Positions 1 through 10,338 are shown, counted from the stretch's first letter. The stretch is DNA of 52,668 nt from an uncultured Phycisphaeraceae bacterium (GCA_964405925.1 CAYOQG010000004.1:1-52668), one strand, 5' to 3'. Translations and numbers: made by a program. Notes: generated by a model not told the origin, from the letters alone.

Positions 1-1
1 C

Positions 2-280
2 CACGACCAAGCCGCAGCAATGGAGGCTGTCTTCTTCGTGGAGACCCCAACGTTCGGCGTTCGGAGGCACTCAGTCACGCGAGCCATGATGCGACGGCGA
101 CACGAGACCGTTACGACATCGTTTGGCGAGATCCGCATGAAAATTGGCGAACGGGCCGGTGCGGCCACAGCAAGCCCGGAGTATGACGACTGCAAGGCGG
201 CTGCAGAAAGGCACAACGTAGCCTTGCGTGACGTCTTTTCGGCAGCGAATGCCGCGTGGACCGTTAAGTCGACGGACTGA
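2..280 (+). CDS. larC: Nickel pincer cofactor biosynthesis protein LarC, C-terminal part (5'-truncated by window edge)
   Basis: Motifs ETPTFGVR, T(S)FGEIRMK and PEYDDCKAAAERHNVALRDV are typical of the LarC C-terminus; frame is open to the window start. Confidence 0.85.
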   Translation, partial: HDQAAAMEAVFFVETPTFGVRRHSVTRAMMRRRHETVTTSFGEIRMKIGERAGAATASPEYDDCKAAAERHNVALRDVFSAANAAWTVKSTD

Positions 281-350
281 CGAGCGCCTAAGAACGATGC
301 TCGCCTCTTCGCTAACCGCGCAGAGGCTGCTCGCAAGGAATCAGGTTCGC

Positions 351-986
351 ATGGAGGCGATGGTTCTTTCATTACCTTCCCCATGGGTGCATACGGTTGC
401 CGCGGGTGGCGGCGGCAAAATCGACATACCCCAAATACTGATGGTTGTGCTGGCGGTCGTTGCCCTGACCGCCGTGATGCTCTCAACACGACGTCGCGTC
501 CGTGATTCGGTGCGACAACCTTCCCACACTGCGCGGGAGCAATTCGCTCAGCTTAAGGAGCAAACCAAGGCTGTTCGTGATGTGGAACAGGTCATGCTGG
601 AACTGGATCAACTATCGCGTCAGATTCACGGCCGCCTCGACACCAAGCTTGCCCGTTTGGAGGTTGTCATACGCGACGCCGATGCACGGATTGCGAAGCT
701 CACACGATTACTGCAGCAGGCGGACGGCGGACCTCGAGTCGAAATCACCCTGGACGAGGAGAAGCCGTACGAGCCGTCAACCTGTGAACCTTTACAGGAA
801 GAGAGCAACCGACACTCGGCTGTATTCCGCCTCGTCGACAACGGTTCTTCTCCCCTCGAAATCGCCAAAAGGCTCGGACGCCCGGTGGGCGAGGTCGAGC
901 TAATCCTCGCCTTGCGGCAAACTCAGGAAAAGTCGCCAGCGGCCTCGCACCCCTCGGCACCGGCTGGTCCACCATCCCGCCAGTAA
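351..986 (+). CDS. Membrane-anchored coiled-coil protein with C-terminal HTH-like segment (DUF2802/DUF6115-like)
   Basis: TM helix ILMVVLAVVALTAVML, coiled coil, C-terminal SPLEIAKRLGRPVGEVELILAL; ATG 351 preceded by AAGGA; ORF track start 228 overlaps larC. Confidence 0.65.
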   Translation: MEAMVLSLPSPWVHTVAAGGGGKIDIPQILMVVLAVVALTAVMLSTRRRVRDSVRQPSHTAREQFAQLKEQTKAVRDVEQVMLELDQLSRQIHGRLDTKLARLEVVIRDADARIAKLTRLLQQADGGPRVEITLDEEKPYEPSTCEPLQEESNRHSAVFRLVDNGSSPLEIAKRLGRPVGEVELILALRQTQEKSPAASHPSAPAGPPSRQ

Positions 987-1244
987 GCGCGGATCAGTGT
1001 CGATGCAGGCTTCCGGCCCAGGAGGGCCGCTGTCTCCAACCGGCGCGGGGGACACCCTCTGCTGTGGGCAGCTTCGTCGCAACCGGGCGCGGCGCGCGTC
1101 GATCGTTCGCATATTGAGCAAACTTGTATGAAACCCGAACGACGTGGCGTGCGGGCGAATCGATGCCTATTATGAATTGGGAGGCGATGCCACGCCGCAA
1201 GCTGGCAGGTCGCATGAATCTTGGAGTCTTGGGGCAACGTACAC

Positions 1245-2063
1245 ATGGGGTTATCGGTCACCTTCGTCCGCGGCCCGCGATGTTCCGGCAAGAGCACCCT
1301 TATCAGTGCTATGATCGACCGATTGTGGCACACGAAGCCCCACTACCTCCGCCTCGTCAAATCGGGCTCGGGCAAGCATCCACCTAAACCGTGTTCCAAG
1401 AAGCCAACGGATTGCGGCGTCGCCAGCGCTCGCTGGATCGAGTATGACGAGGAGCACATCTTCGAGATCCTGCCGGAGGCGCTGACCGCCATCCACCACC
1501 GGGACCGATACGGAGCCGTGGTGATCGAAGCCGAGGCGGAGAACATCCTGCGACATGCTTACCCCTACGACCACCGGATCTTTCTAATGCCGCTTCCGAG
1601 CAGCGTAAAGGAGCTCTTCCGCGATCCATCACGAGCGGCTGACGAGATGAAGCGAGTCCTGGACGACACTGCGGCGTTCGCCTCCGAGATTTTCGGGTTG
1701 TTCTCATATCCACTTCCAGAGGAAGAACTTGACCCATCCGAGCAGCGTCCTGACCTGACCGACTCGCAAATGCGGGGTTTTCTGTACTCGCCATTGGGCG
1801 ACGAACTGGCTACCCGCATCCAGCTTCAGCAACCCTACCACGGTCTGGTGGAAAGCGACGTGATCGTGGTCAACACGAGCGTGGGCAGAAAAGGCCCCCA
1901 AACCGCCGAGTGCCTCCGGCGCGTAGAGCGGTTGCTGGAGCGGATACGCGGGATCACCGGCCGGCGCGGGGAGCTGATCCTCTGCGACCTCCGCGACCTC
2001 AACGGCAAGGTTGGCAAGAAGCTTTTCAAAGCCCTCAAACCCTTGTGCCAGACCGGGAAGTAG
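1245..2063 (+). CDS. Hypothetical P-loop NTPase-like protein
   Basis: N-terminal Walker A-like VRGPRCSGKST after a beta strand; possible Walker B AVVIEAE. Confidence 0.65.
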   Translation: MGLSVTFVRGPRCSGKSTLISAMIDRLWHTKPHYLRLVKSGSGKHPPKPCSKKPTDCGVASARWIEYDEEHIFEILPEALTAIHHRDRYGAVVIEAEAENILRHAYPYDHRIFLMPLPSSVKELFRDPSRAADEMKRVLDDTAAFASEIFGLFSYPLPEEELDPSEQRPDLTDSQMRGFLYSPLGDELATRIQLQQPYHGLVESDVIVVNTSVGRKGPQTAECLRRVERLLERIRGITGRRGELILCDLRDLNGKVGKKLFKALKPLCQTGK

Positions 2064-2207
2064 CACCCCGCCGGGTCGGAGCATTTTCCAGTCAATCGTC
2101 GAGTCATCCAGGCATCCGGATGGTTGCACGGAGCGAACCCAGCGCATACGTTTCCCAACGGCTGACGACCAGAGTGGACAGCAAGTCCGGCGCGAAGGGA
2201 CCTGTGA

Positions 2208-3170
2208 ATGGCCATATTGGCTGGTATCGACGAGGCGGGGTTTGGTCCGACGTTGGGACCGCTGGTTGTCACTGGTGTGACATTCCGAGTGCCGGATCAA
2301 CAGCTTGGTCAATGTTTGTGGAAAACGCTTCGAGCAACTTGCGGCCAGAAAGTCACCAAGAAAGCCCGTCGGCTGGTCATTACCGACAGCAAGAAGCTGT
2401 ACAACTCACGCGGTGGATTGAGCACCCTGGAGCGAGCGGCGCTGGTGATGCTGGCTGTCAGCGGCCATCGGCCTTTACGTTGGCGGGCGTTGCTCGACGT
2501 AATCGCGCCCGACGCCGGTGAGCTTGTCGACCAGTATCCCTGGTACGCAGCCGCCGACGTGTCACTTCCACTGACACAGGACGTCGGTGACATCGGAACC
2601 CGGGCCAATGCGATTCGCAAGGACTGCCAGGATCATGGCATCATCCTGGAGAAAATCCACAGTGAGCTGCTTCCCGTTGGTCATTACAATCGGCTCGTCT
2701 CTAACACCCGAAACAAGGCCGTCGTCCTGCTGGGATTGGTGCTTCGGGTGGTGGATCGGATCATGCGACTTGCGCCCGGCGAGCGCGTCCGACTTTACGT
2801 GGATCGACTCGGCGGCCGCATCCGCTACCGTGACGCCCTGATGACCGCGATCCAGGGCCACGAACTTCAGATTGTGGAAGAGACACCGACACGCAGCGCC
2901 TATCGCCTCGTCCGATCAGAGCGGACCTGCGAAATCGCCTTTGTCACCGGCGGTGATGCCCGCCATTTCCCCGTAGCGCTGGCGAGCGTGTACAGCAAGT
3001 ACTTGCGGGAGCTCCAGATGCACGTCTTCAACCGCTACTGGTGCGAACGGATCGACGGGCTGTACCCCACAGCCGGGTACTACAGCGATGCCCAGCGATG
3101 GCTCCAAGAGGCGTCCACGGAGATCGACCGCGGGTCGTTTGATCGATGCATGCTCGTGCGGGAGCGATAA
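2208..3170 (+). CDS. Ribonuclease HII-family protein (enlarged, 320 aa)
   Basis: AGIDEAGFGPTLGPLVV, DSKKL, YVDRLGG, GDARHFPVALAS..SKYLR and GY motifs. Confidence 0.8.
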   Translation: MAILAGIDEAGFGPTLGPLVVTGVTFRVPDQQLGQCLWKTLRATCGQKVTKKARRLVITDSKKLYNSRGGLSTLERAALVMLAVSGHRPLRWRALLDVIAPDAGELVDQYPWYAAADVSLPLTQDVGDIGTRANAIRKDCQDHGIILEKIHSELLPVGHYNRLVSNTRNKAVVLLGLVLRVVDRIMRLAPGERVRLYVDRLGGRIRYRDALMTAIQGHELQIVEETPTRSAYRLVRSERTCEIAFVTGGDARHFPVALASVYSKYLRELQMHVFNRYWCERIDGLYPTAGYYSDAQRWLQEASTEIDRGSFDRCMLVRER

Positions 3171-3307
3171 CCCAGGGCTCGAGGGAGGCTCGCAGGGAAG
3201 GGGTTTTTCGGTGTTTCTGGATCACCGGTGGCCGGTGACCGCACGTGATTGACACGACCCGGGCAGCCCGTTACGGTGTTGCACGACCGTAAATCGGAGT
3301 TGATCCC

Positions 3308-3646
3308 GTGTCTATTGAGCGTTGGTCCGACAGTATCCTGGTCGTTGAGCTTCAAGATGATCCAGCCTTTACGGATGATCTCAGCTCGCTGCTCGACCAG
3401 GTGGACAATGACAGTGAGGTCGATGTCGTCCTCGACCTTGGCGGTGTCAGCTACTTGAACTCGTCCAACATCGCCAAGCTTCTCAAGCTCCGCAAACGGC
3501 TGCTCAACAGCAAGCGACGACTCGTGCTTTGCGGAATCGACACCAACGTGTGGGGTCTGTTCCTCGTTACCGGCCTCGACAAAGTGTTCGAGTTCACGGA
3601 TAACGTCGCCAACGGGCTGGCTACCGTGCAGCTAGCGAGCGAGTGA
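3308..3646 (+). CDS. STAS-domain anti-sigma factor antagonist
   Basis: VVLDLGGVSYLNSSNIAKLL, LVLCG, FLVTGLDKVF; GTG start with GGAG RBS. Confidence 0.9.
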   Translation: MSIERWSDSILVVELQDDPAFTDDLSSLLDQVDNDSEVDVVLDLGGVSYLNSSNIAKLLKLRKRLLNSKRRLVLCGIDTNVWGLFLVTGLDKVFEFTDNVANGLATVQLASE

Positions 3647-3754
3647 GGCCGGGTCCGCACGATATTCCCCTCCCCTCCTGACACATCGCTACAACCGCAG
3701 GGAATCGCGTCCACTTGGGCCGCCCCAGCCAAGCCGTCTCCCGAGAAGATGCTC

Positions 3755-4330
3755 TTACCGGCGAGGCTCCTTGACTTCCTGGGCCTGTGACCGGGTCTCA
3801 CGAAGCATCTTCAAAGCTTCGGTACTGTAAAGACCCGCTTTGTCGAGCTGCATCACCCGCCGCCACGCCTTGCGGGCAGTTTGGACCTGACCTGCTCGTG
3901 TAGCGAGTCGTGCCGATAGAAGATGGAGGTCGAGATCCTCGTCGTCGATGCGGGAGGCTATATTCAGTAGGTCCCGGGCTTCGGCGTAACGCCCCCCTTC
4001 AATCGCTTGGGTGATGCCCTCACGCAACAGGCCGAGTTCCCGCTCGCATTGCGCCCCGGAGACGAGTCCGGTCTGTTTCCATGCAAGCCACTGAGAGACC
4101 AGCCAAACCGCACCGGCCGCCACGCCTGTGGCGGTCAACAGGATCAAGGGAATACTGGCTGGCGCGATCATCCAGCCTGTCAGAGCAACCTGGGCGAAAA
4201 CCGCGAAGAGGACCGCCAGGGCGATCCCCAGTCCCTCCCGGCGGAGGATCACCAGACCGATCCCGGGCGCGACCAGGTTCAATACCAGTGCCCAGGCACG
4301 ACGGGCTCGCCTCTTGTTCATTGGGTCCAT
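3755..4330 (-). CDS. Membrane protein with C-terminal TPR-like helices
   Basis: LNLVAPGIG followed by about 3 hydrophobic segments, then TPR-like GRYAEARDLL...ARKAWRRVMQLD; start 4330 or 4321. Confidence 0.65.
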   Translation of the reverse strand: MDPMNKRRARRAWALVLNLVAPGIGLVILRREGLGIALAVLFAVFAQVALTGWMIAPASIPLILLTATGVAAGAVWLVSQWLAWKQTGLVSGAQCERELGLLREGITQAIEGGRYAEARDLLNIASRIDDEDLDLHLLSARLATRAGQVQTARKAWRRVMQLDKAGLYSTEALKMLRETRSQAQEVKEPRR

Positions 4331-4477
4331 ACAACACCCGACCCGGCGGCTGCTCAACGCAGTCCGCGCGTCAACGTGGAGTCAGAAGCACAAGTATAGC
4401 CGCGGCAGCCGTGACCGGCACCAGTGAGCCTTGGGCAAGCGCCTTGCGTCTTTCGCCACGCCTTTGATAATGCCGTC

Positions 4478-5029
4478 ATGTCTCAGGTTCCCAAGGCTGG
4501 CATCCGTGCAATTGGTGTGTGCTGTCTGGCGTTGAGCGGCTGTGCGTCGACCGGCCTATCGCCCCTGAGCTACGGCGTGCGGCGCGTAGAGGGCGGGAAT
4601 GACGTCACCTTGTTCAACGCAGCCCGGGCAGTGCTGGCCGACCTGGGCTACCAAATCGACCGTGCGGACGCTATCGCAGGCGTGATCACGACACGGCCCG
4701 TGCTGCAATCTTGGCGCTCGAGCGACGCCCCCGCCCGGATAAGTTCGGGAGGGCAATGGCGACATGTCGTCGAAGTGCAGCTTGACGAACGGGCTGAGGC
4801 TGTCAATGTGTACTGTAAGGTCTCGATTCAGCAACAGGTGACCGCAGCCCATCGCATGTTCGCCTACGACCGCTCGGGCTCGGACCTTCCGGGGGACACG
4901 CCAATCGAACGTGATGCGGCTACGACAGAGGAGCAAAACACAGTTTGGCAGACTGTTCGCCGGGACAAGGCGGCTGAGCGCCGTATTCTGGAAGCCATTC
5001 TTGAGCGGGCCCAGCCCCGGCCGGGCTGA
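4478..5029 (+). CDS. Hypothetical lipoprotein
   Basis: Signal peptide with lipobox LSGC; LGYQIDRAD...GVITT pattern common in alpha/beta lipoproteins. Confidence 0.7.
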   Translation: MSQVPKAGIRAIGVCCLALSGCASTGLSPLSYGVRRVEGGNDVTLFNAARAVLADLGYQIDRADAIAGVITTRPVLQSWRSSDAPARISSGGQWRHVVEVQLDERAEAVNVYCKVSIQQQVTAAHRMFAYDRSGSDLPGDTPIERDAATTEEQNTVWQTVRRDKAAERRILEAILERAQPRPG

Positions 5030-5069
5030 TTGGGCCGCAAGCCATACCTGTTGTGCCAGCTTGTTCCCG

Positions 5070-5741
5070 TTAACGCCGCCTGCGAGCCACAGACGCTAAC
5101 CCCGCCAGGGCCATAAGGGCCAACGTAGTCGGTTCGGGGACGACCGCACCGGATGCCAGGGTGGTCGCGCCCGAGAAACCCTGCGGTGCGCCCGCCGGGT
5201 CTGTAAACCACGCCCCAAACGCCAGGGCAATCGTGTTCCCCGCAAGCTCGTCCGGAAAGATCAGGGAGAAAGAGGAGCCGCCATTACCATCGAACGTGCC
5301 GTCCCCGGTTTGGTCAATGATGGCGACATTGTCGAGGAGCCCAACGAAGTTGGCTGAGCCGTTGTAGACCCAGTTACCGATCACATCGGCTGTGATCTGA
5401 TCACCCGTCAGATCGGTGATGGTGAGCATGCCGACACCGTCTGCGTCAAGCTGCGTGATGTCCGATAAGGTCAGGCTCAGGTCGAAGGCGGCTGACAGAC
5501 CGAAGCCACCGTCCGCCAACGTCCCCGCGAAGAATACGTCACCGATCGGGGCGATGAGCCGGGTCACGTCGCCATCGGTGTCGGCGTCGTCAACTGCGGT
5601 GAATACACTGGACGCGGCATCGAAGCTGCCATCCAGGTCGCTGTAGGTAAACGACAGGACGTCTTCCGCAGAGGCTACGCTTGAACAGGTTGCGATCAAG
5701 GCAGCCGCCGCAAAGGCAAAGAGTACGCTGAAACGTTGCAT
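5070..5741 (-). CDS. PEP-CTERM sorting domain-containing secreted protein
   Basis: Signal peptide ending ASA; acidic D/G/T-rich body; C-terminal VVPEPTTLALMALAGLASVARRRR; GGAGG RBS before ATG 5741. Confidence 0.92.
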   Translation of the reverse strand: MQRFSVLFAFAAAALIATCSSVASAEDVLSFTYSDLDGSFDAASSVFTAVDDADTDGDVTRLIAPIGDVFFAGTLADGGFGLSAAFDLSLTLSDITQLDADGVGMLTITDLTGDQITADVIGNWVYNGSANFVGLLDNVAIIDQTGDGTFDGNGGSSFSLIFPDELAGNTIALAFGAWFTDPAGAPQGFSGATTLASGAVVPEPTTLALMALAGLASVARRRR

Positions 5742-5824
5742 GCTATTCCCCCCTCCCGAAGGCACAACAAGCCGTTGGAAACCCACGCTGTCGAGACCCA
5801 AAAATGAACTCCACTAAGTTTAGC

Positions 5825-5833
5825 ATTATAGCA
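5825..5833 (-). promoter_or_regulatory. Extended -10 sigma70-type promoter for the PEP-CTERM gene
   Basis: Minus strand TGcTATAAT about 85 nt upstream of the start; no good -35. Confidence 0.5.
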
Positions 5834-6153
5834 AGTACACCAGCCATAGTCTCGGTCGACAAGAGATTGGCACCGAATTAAGTGTTGAGAAGCGGCGAAG
5901 CGGATGGGGTCCTATAGTCTCGTTTGTATCATCGGTTCGACAGGGTGGGACCTATAACGAGAAAACTCTCTCCGATTCGCACGAGGTCCAGTAAGTCACT
6001 TCCGGCGCCCGCAGACGTAAGCCACAAGCAGGACTTGTCCCATAACACATGCAAACGTTCAAGTGAGGTTTGTCCCGACTGCCAGGCCTACGTCGTTTGA
6101 GGCTATCGAGAAACGGGTGAGCCAGACTACTGGGCGCAGCGAAACAGGGTGGA

Positions 6154-8421
6154 TCATTTCGTCGCCGAGCAGTCCGGCGGCCCGTCGAACGGGTATGGAT
6201 CACCTCGGAAGGCATCCACACAAGAGGAGATGTCGACGAAATCGACCACCAAGTCTGGGATGTTGCCTGCCAGATCTGCTCTTGCCTTGATCACCGCTCC
6301 AGGGAGATTCTTGAACTTTTCAACCACGGCGGTGATGTCAATGAAATCGATCCGCCCGTCCGGCGGTGTGCACGGTGGCGCCCCGCAGTCACCAACGAGA
6401 TCCCCCCAATCAGGGCTGGTCACCACGGTCAGCGGTGCCGAGTAGTCAAGCTCTTCACTCAAATTGCAGCCGCCCACGATGGCGTCGATGGAATAAGACG
6501 CACCAGGTACGATCGCATTGCTGAGAACGTGAACAAGGCCCTCGCTTCCCCAATCGTGCAGAACCGGATCGCATACCAATCGAGCAGCCCTGAATGTCGG
6601 TGAAGGCGTGCTGCCCGAATTGGCTGAATGCTCCGTGACGTCCGTCGGTAAACTTACCCACATGGTCTGCCCCTCCAGCCCCGCGAACACCTGGGGTAGT
6701 GAGCTGAGGGTCACTCGAAGGGCAGTCAGACGGCCAGGATTGCCCGGCACCAGGGAAATCGCCCGGTTCTTGGCCATCACCTCCGGTGCTTCAAGCTCCG
6801 GGGGAGCGACGGGATGGCAGGGACACTCGACAAACAGCGGTGGATCCCCCGGACCCGACCATGCCAATGTGAATCGTCGCCAATCCTCGCAATCGACGTC
6901 ATCATCGTTGTCAAAATCGCCCGGTTCGCATCCAGGCGAAACGGGGCCGCCACCTAGACCGGTGTAGCACAGCTCAAACTCGGCGAAGTCGTCTGCGTCC
7001 ACGTCCCCATCGTCGTCGAAGTCGCCGCCTGACGGCACGGCATTGTGGTTGTAGTAGAGCTGGTTACCCTGAGCGTCCCAGTTGGTGATCGCCATGTCGG
7101 GCTTGAGCGAGTACACATACTGCACAGTCACGGCGCTGGAGGGCGTAGGCCCCACACTCACCCAACCATGCACCAGGTCAAACGTGAACTCATGCGGACC
7201 AAGCGGCGTGTCGTCCACGCTCACAGACTCAATATACTGGATGGGTTGATGGGCTACGTGGAAGAGATGTCCGCTGGGGGAAGAGGCAGCATCGAAGACC
7301 TCTGTCGCGAATCGCAGCCCGTCATTGTTCACGTCCCCGAAAACGATCGCTTCGACCACGCTGTCACCAACAGACTCCCAATCGGGACCAGAGGGGTAGA
7401 GGCCACCCGTGTTCATGAAGTAATGCGTATATCCCCACCAGCTCCCCGTAGCCATGTCCAGGTCGCCGTCCGCATCGATGTCCGCCAGGGCAACCGCTGA
7501 TCCGTAGCCTTCAAAATGTGACCAGGTCGGCGTCGTCGTGAAGAAACCACCTATAAGACCGTCATAGCGTCGAATGTCCCCGCTGCCGCCGAGCTGGATG
7601 TTGTCGGTCATGAACAACTCGAACCAGCCATCACCGTCGACGTCGCCGTAGGTGCCCATGACCACGTCCTGATCGGGATTGTCCGTTGTATGCCACGTGG
7701 CCGTCGTTGCCAGCGTACCTTGGTTGTTGACGTAGACCCACGTATCGGTTGCCTCACCAGTCCCGACAAGGTCGAGCCAACCGTCGCCATTGACGTCGCA
7801 GAAGAACACGTCCCCATAATCCCACGTGTCGTCGGAGACCCACGAGGGTGTCGGTTCCAGTGCCCCGTCTATGTTGAAGTAAACGTGAGTAGGCCAAGTG
7901 TGTGGGTCCCAGTAGGGCCACCCAGTCCCGACGGCCAGGTCGGGTCGTCCGTCCGCGTTGACATCACCGAAGGACACGTGAAACGCTGCCAGCTCGTCCG
8001 GAGATTCCCAATCAGGCAGCGAAGACAGCGCGCCACCATTGTTGAGGTAAAGTCGCGCGGTCGGGGCCCCCAAATCCTCCCAGGTCAAGCCGACCGCGAC
8101 ATCGAGCCAGCCGTCGCCATTGACGTCCGCCACGCTGATGTGACCGTTGTATTCGGCGTCGCCTGAAGACCAGTCCGGTGTGGCGGGGAAGCCCCCCGCA
8201 CCCGTATTGTAATAGACGACAAGCTGTTGGCGCTGCATGTCGTTGCCGTTGGCGACGACAAAATCCAACCACCCGTCCCGATCCAGATCGACCAACGCCC
8301 CGCCGGTGCTGACCGGCGTATCAGTCGAGACCCATTCAGGTGTTGTGTCGTAGACGAGCTGCGCTTGTCCAGAGCGAACGAGTAACAGCGTGAGGAGGAT
8401 CGTGGCCCCTGCCGTCCTCAT
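6154..8421 (-). CDS. Secreted FG-GAP/VCBS-repeat beta-propeller protein with dockerin-like module and C-terminal Ca-loop domain
   Basis: Signal peptide; about 7 repeats of the (G/A)DVNGDGWLD type; GDFDDDGDVD...GDFDNDDDVD pair; AAAGGAGG RBS. Confidence 0.88.
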   Translation of the reverse strand: MRTAGATILLTLLLVRSGQAQLVYDTTPEWVSTDTPVSTGGALVDLDRDGWLDFVVANGNDMQRQQLVVYYNTGAGGFPATPDWSSGDAEYNGHISVADVNGDGWLDVAVGLTWEDLGAPTARLYLNNGGALSSLPDWESPDELAAFHVSFGDVNADGRPDLAVGTGWPYWDPHTWPTHVYFNIDGALEPTPSWVSDDTWDYGDVFFCDVNGDGWLDLVGTGEATDTWVYVNNQGTLATTATWHTTDNPDQDVVMGTYGDVDGDGWFELFMTDNIQLGGSGDIRRYDGLIGGFFTTTPTWSHFEGYGSAVALADIDADGDLDMATGSWWGYTHYFMNTGGLYPSGPDWESVGDSVVEAIVFGDVNNDGLRFATEVFDAASSPSGHLFHVAHQPIQYIESVSVDDTPLGPHEFTFDLVHGWVSVGPTPSSAVTVQYVYSLKPDMAITNWDAQGNQLYYNHNAVPSGGDFDDDGDVDADDFAEFELCYTGLGGGPVSPGCEPGDFDNDDDVDCEDWRRFTLAWSGPGDPPLFVECPCHPVAPPELEAPEVMAKNRAISLVPGNPGRLTALRVTLSSLPQVFAGLEGQTMWVSLPTDVTEHSANSGSTPSPTFRAARLVCDPVLHDWGSEGLVHVLSNAIVPGASYSIDAIVGGCNLSEELDYSAPLTVVTSPDWGDLVGDCGAPPCTPPDGRIDFIDITAVVEKFKNLPGAVIKARADLAGNIPDLVVDFVDISSCVDAFRGDPYPFDGPPDCSATK

Positions 8422-8624
8422 GATGGTCCCTCCTTTCGCACACGTTTAGCGTCCCCGAGTTTACCACGCTATCGCCCAAATCCGAAATGGAAACCCAAGA
8501 GACATAGTCGGGCTTCCCGGAAACCCGTTTCTCGTCCCAGGTGCAAGCGAACGTGAACCACATGTGCATGAGGCCAAGCGGACACCGATTAACGTAGCCT
8601 GTGGGCCTGCCAGTCGAAAACACC

Positions 8625-10043
8625 TCACACGTCGAGGTAGAGACTGTACTCGTACGGATGGGGCCTGGCGGCGACCTCTAGGGCATCCGTTGACAGTTTT
8701 GTCTTGATCCAGTGCGCGACGAGAGGTTCGGTGAACACACCGCCCTTGAGCAGAAACGCGTGGTCCTCCTGCAAAGCGGCAAGGGCATCATGCAAGGATC
8801 GCGGCACCGGCGTGATCCGCTGCCGAAAGGCCTCATCTTGCTTGGCGATGTCCACGTCGAAGGGGCCAAAGTTGTTCGCCTCCACATCGATTTTGGACTC
8901 AATTCCGTCCAAACCAGCCATCAACATCGCCGCCAAACTCACGTACACGTTCCCAGTGAAATCGGGGGGACGATACTCGATTCGCTTGTCGGTCTCGCTG
9001 ACCGCATATCGAGGAACGCGAATCGCTGCCGATCGATTGCCCAGAGAGAAGAAGAGCTTGACCGGTGCTTCGTAGCCCTCGACGAGTCGCTTAAACGAGT
9101 TGGTCGAGGGATTGGTTAACCCGGTCAGGGCTCGCCCGTGCGCGAGGAGTCCCCCAATGTAGTGGAGGGCGGTCTCGGAGAGGTCAGCATAGCCTTTACT
9201 CTTGGCGTCGTAGAAGAGATTCCGGCCACCCTTCTCGAGTTTCTGGTGCACGTGCATGCCGTTGCCCGCCTCACCAAACACCGGTTTGGGCATGAAGGTC
9301 GCCAGCCTGTCATAGCGCTTGGCGATGTTCTTCACCACGTATTTGACGAGCATGACAGAGTCGGCGGCACTGACAAGATCAGCCAGCTCGATCTCGATCT
9401 CGCACTGCCCGGGGGCACCGACCTCGTGGTGGTGGTACCGCACGAGAATGCCTAAACGCTCCAATGTCAGGGCAATGTCAGATCGCAGATCGCTAAGCTG
9501 ATCGCACGGAGGGACACGCATATAGCCGCGTTTGGCGGGAATCGCAGCCGTAGCACCATCAGGATCGACCTCCGAGCACTGAATGGATACCCCCCCTTCA
9601 TAAGGTCCGTTGACCACGTGCACACGATTGAACACGTGAAACTCAAACTCCGGTCCCATGACAGCCACGTCCGCGATCCCGGTCCCCCGCATGTGGGTGA
9701 CCGCTCGCTTGGCAATCGTTCTGGGATCACTGGCGACTGCCTCTTTTGTGTCAGCCGTCACCGTATCGCAGATGAAGCTGATCGTGGGCTCGTGCCAGAA
9801 CGGATCCATGAAACCTGCGTCGGGCTGCGGAAGGGCCGCTACGTCAGAATCGACCACTTGGCCAAACCCGGCACCCGAGGACCCGTCAAAGCCCACACCC
9901 TCCTCGAAGTGCTTTTGGCCAAACCCGCTGCCCGGGACGGTCATGTGAAGCCACTGGCCTGCAAGCCCTGTCACCTTGAGGTCAACCATGGCGATCCTGT
10001 GGTCAGAAATGTACTTGACAGCTTCCGCAACAGATCCAAACAC
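8625..10043 (-). CDS. glnA: Type I glutamine synthetase
   Basis: GFDGSS, GPEFEF, HHHEVGAPGQCEI, ATFMPKP..GEAGNGMHVH, NSFKRLV, NRSAAIRVP, RIEYRPPD; GTG start with AGGAG RBS. Confidence 0.96.
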   Translation of the reverse strand: MFGSVAEAVKYISDHRIAMVDLKVTGLAGQWLHMTVPGSGFGQKHFEEGVGFDGSSGAGFGQVVDSDVAALPQPDAGFMDPFWHEPTISFICDTVTADTKEAVASDPRTIAKRAVTHMRGTGIADVAVMGPEFEFHVFNRVHVVNGPYEGGVSIQCSEVDPDGATAAIPAKRGYMRVPPCDQLSDLRSDIALTLERLGILVRYHHHEVGAPGQCEIEIELADLVSAADSVMLVKYVVKNIAKRYDRLATFMPKPVFGEAGNGMHVHQKLEKGGRNLFYDAKSKGYADLSETALHYIGGLLAHGRALTGLTNPSTNSFKRLVEGYEAPVKLFFSLGNRSAAIRVPRYAVSETDKRIEYRPPDFTGNVYVSLAAMLMAGLDGIESKIDVEANNFGPFDVDIAKQDEAFRQRITPVPRSLHDALAALQEDHAFLLKGGVFTEPLVAHWIKTKLSTDALEVAARPHPYEYSLYLDV

Positions 10044-10309
10044 TTCTCGACACTCCTACCAGGCATCTCCCGGACCGTCATAGTAGACGATCTCGCAAGT
10101 TAAGAGACGTATCCGATGGCCATGAAAAGGTCAAATCGCAACCTTGCGCGCCTCTCCCCGGTCCAGTCCATGGTGTCACCGCTGGGGCAGACGAACACTT
10201 GGAGCCTATAGGATCCGGGTCGTCCACCTGCGGGTCGGAACCTCCTCACCGCAATCATAAAAGCGTGACGTCTTTTCTTCGAATTTCGCTTGATCTTCTA
10301 AGGTCTTGC

Positions 10310-10338
10310 TTGACAGGTGGTCGATACCATGATACAAT
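10310..10338 (+). promoter_or_regulatory. Near-consensus sigma70 promoter of the PIN cassette
   Basis: TTGACA (10310-15), 17-nt spacer, TACAAT (10333-38) with extended TG. Confidence 0.8.
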
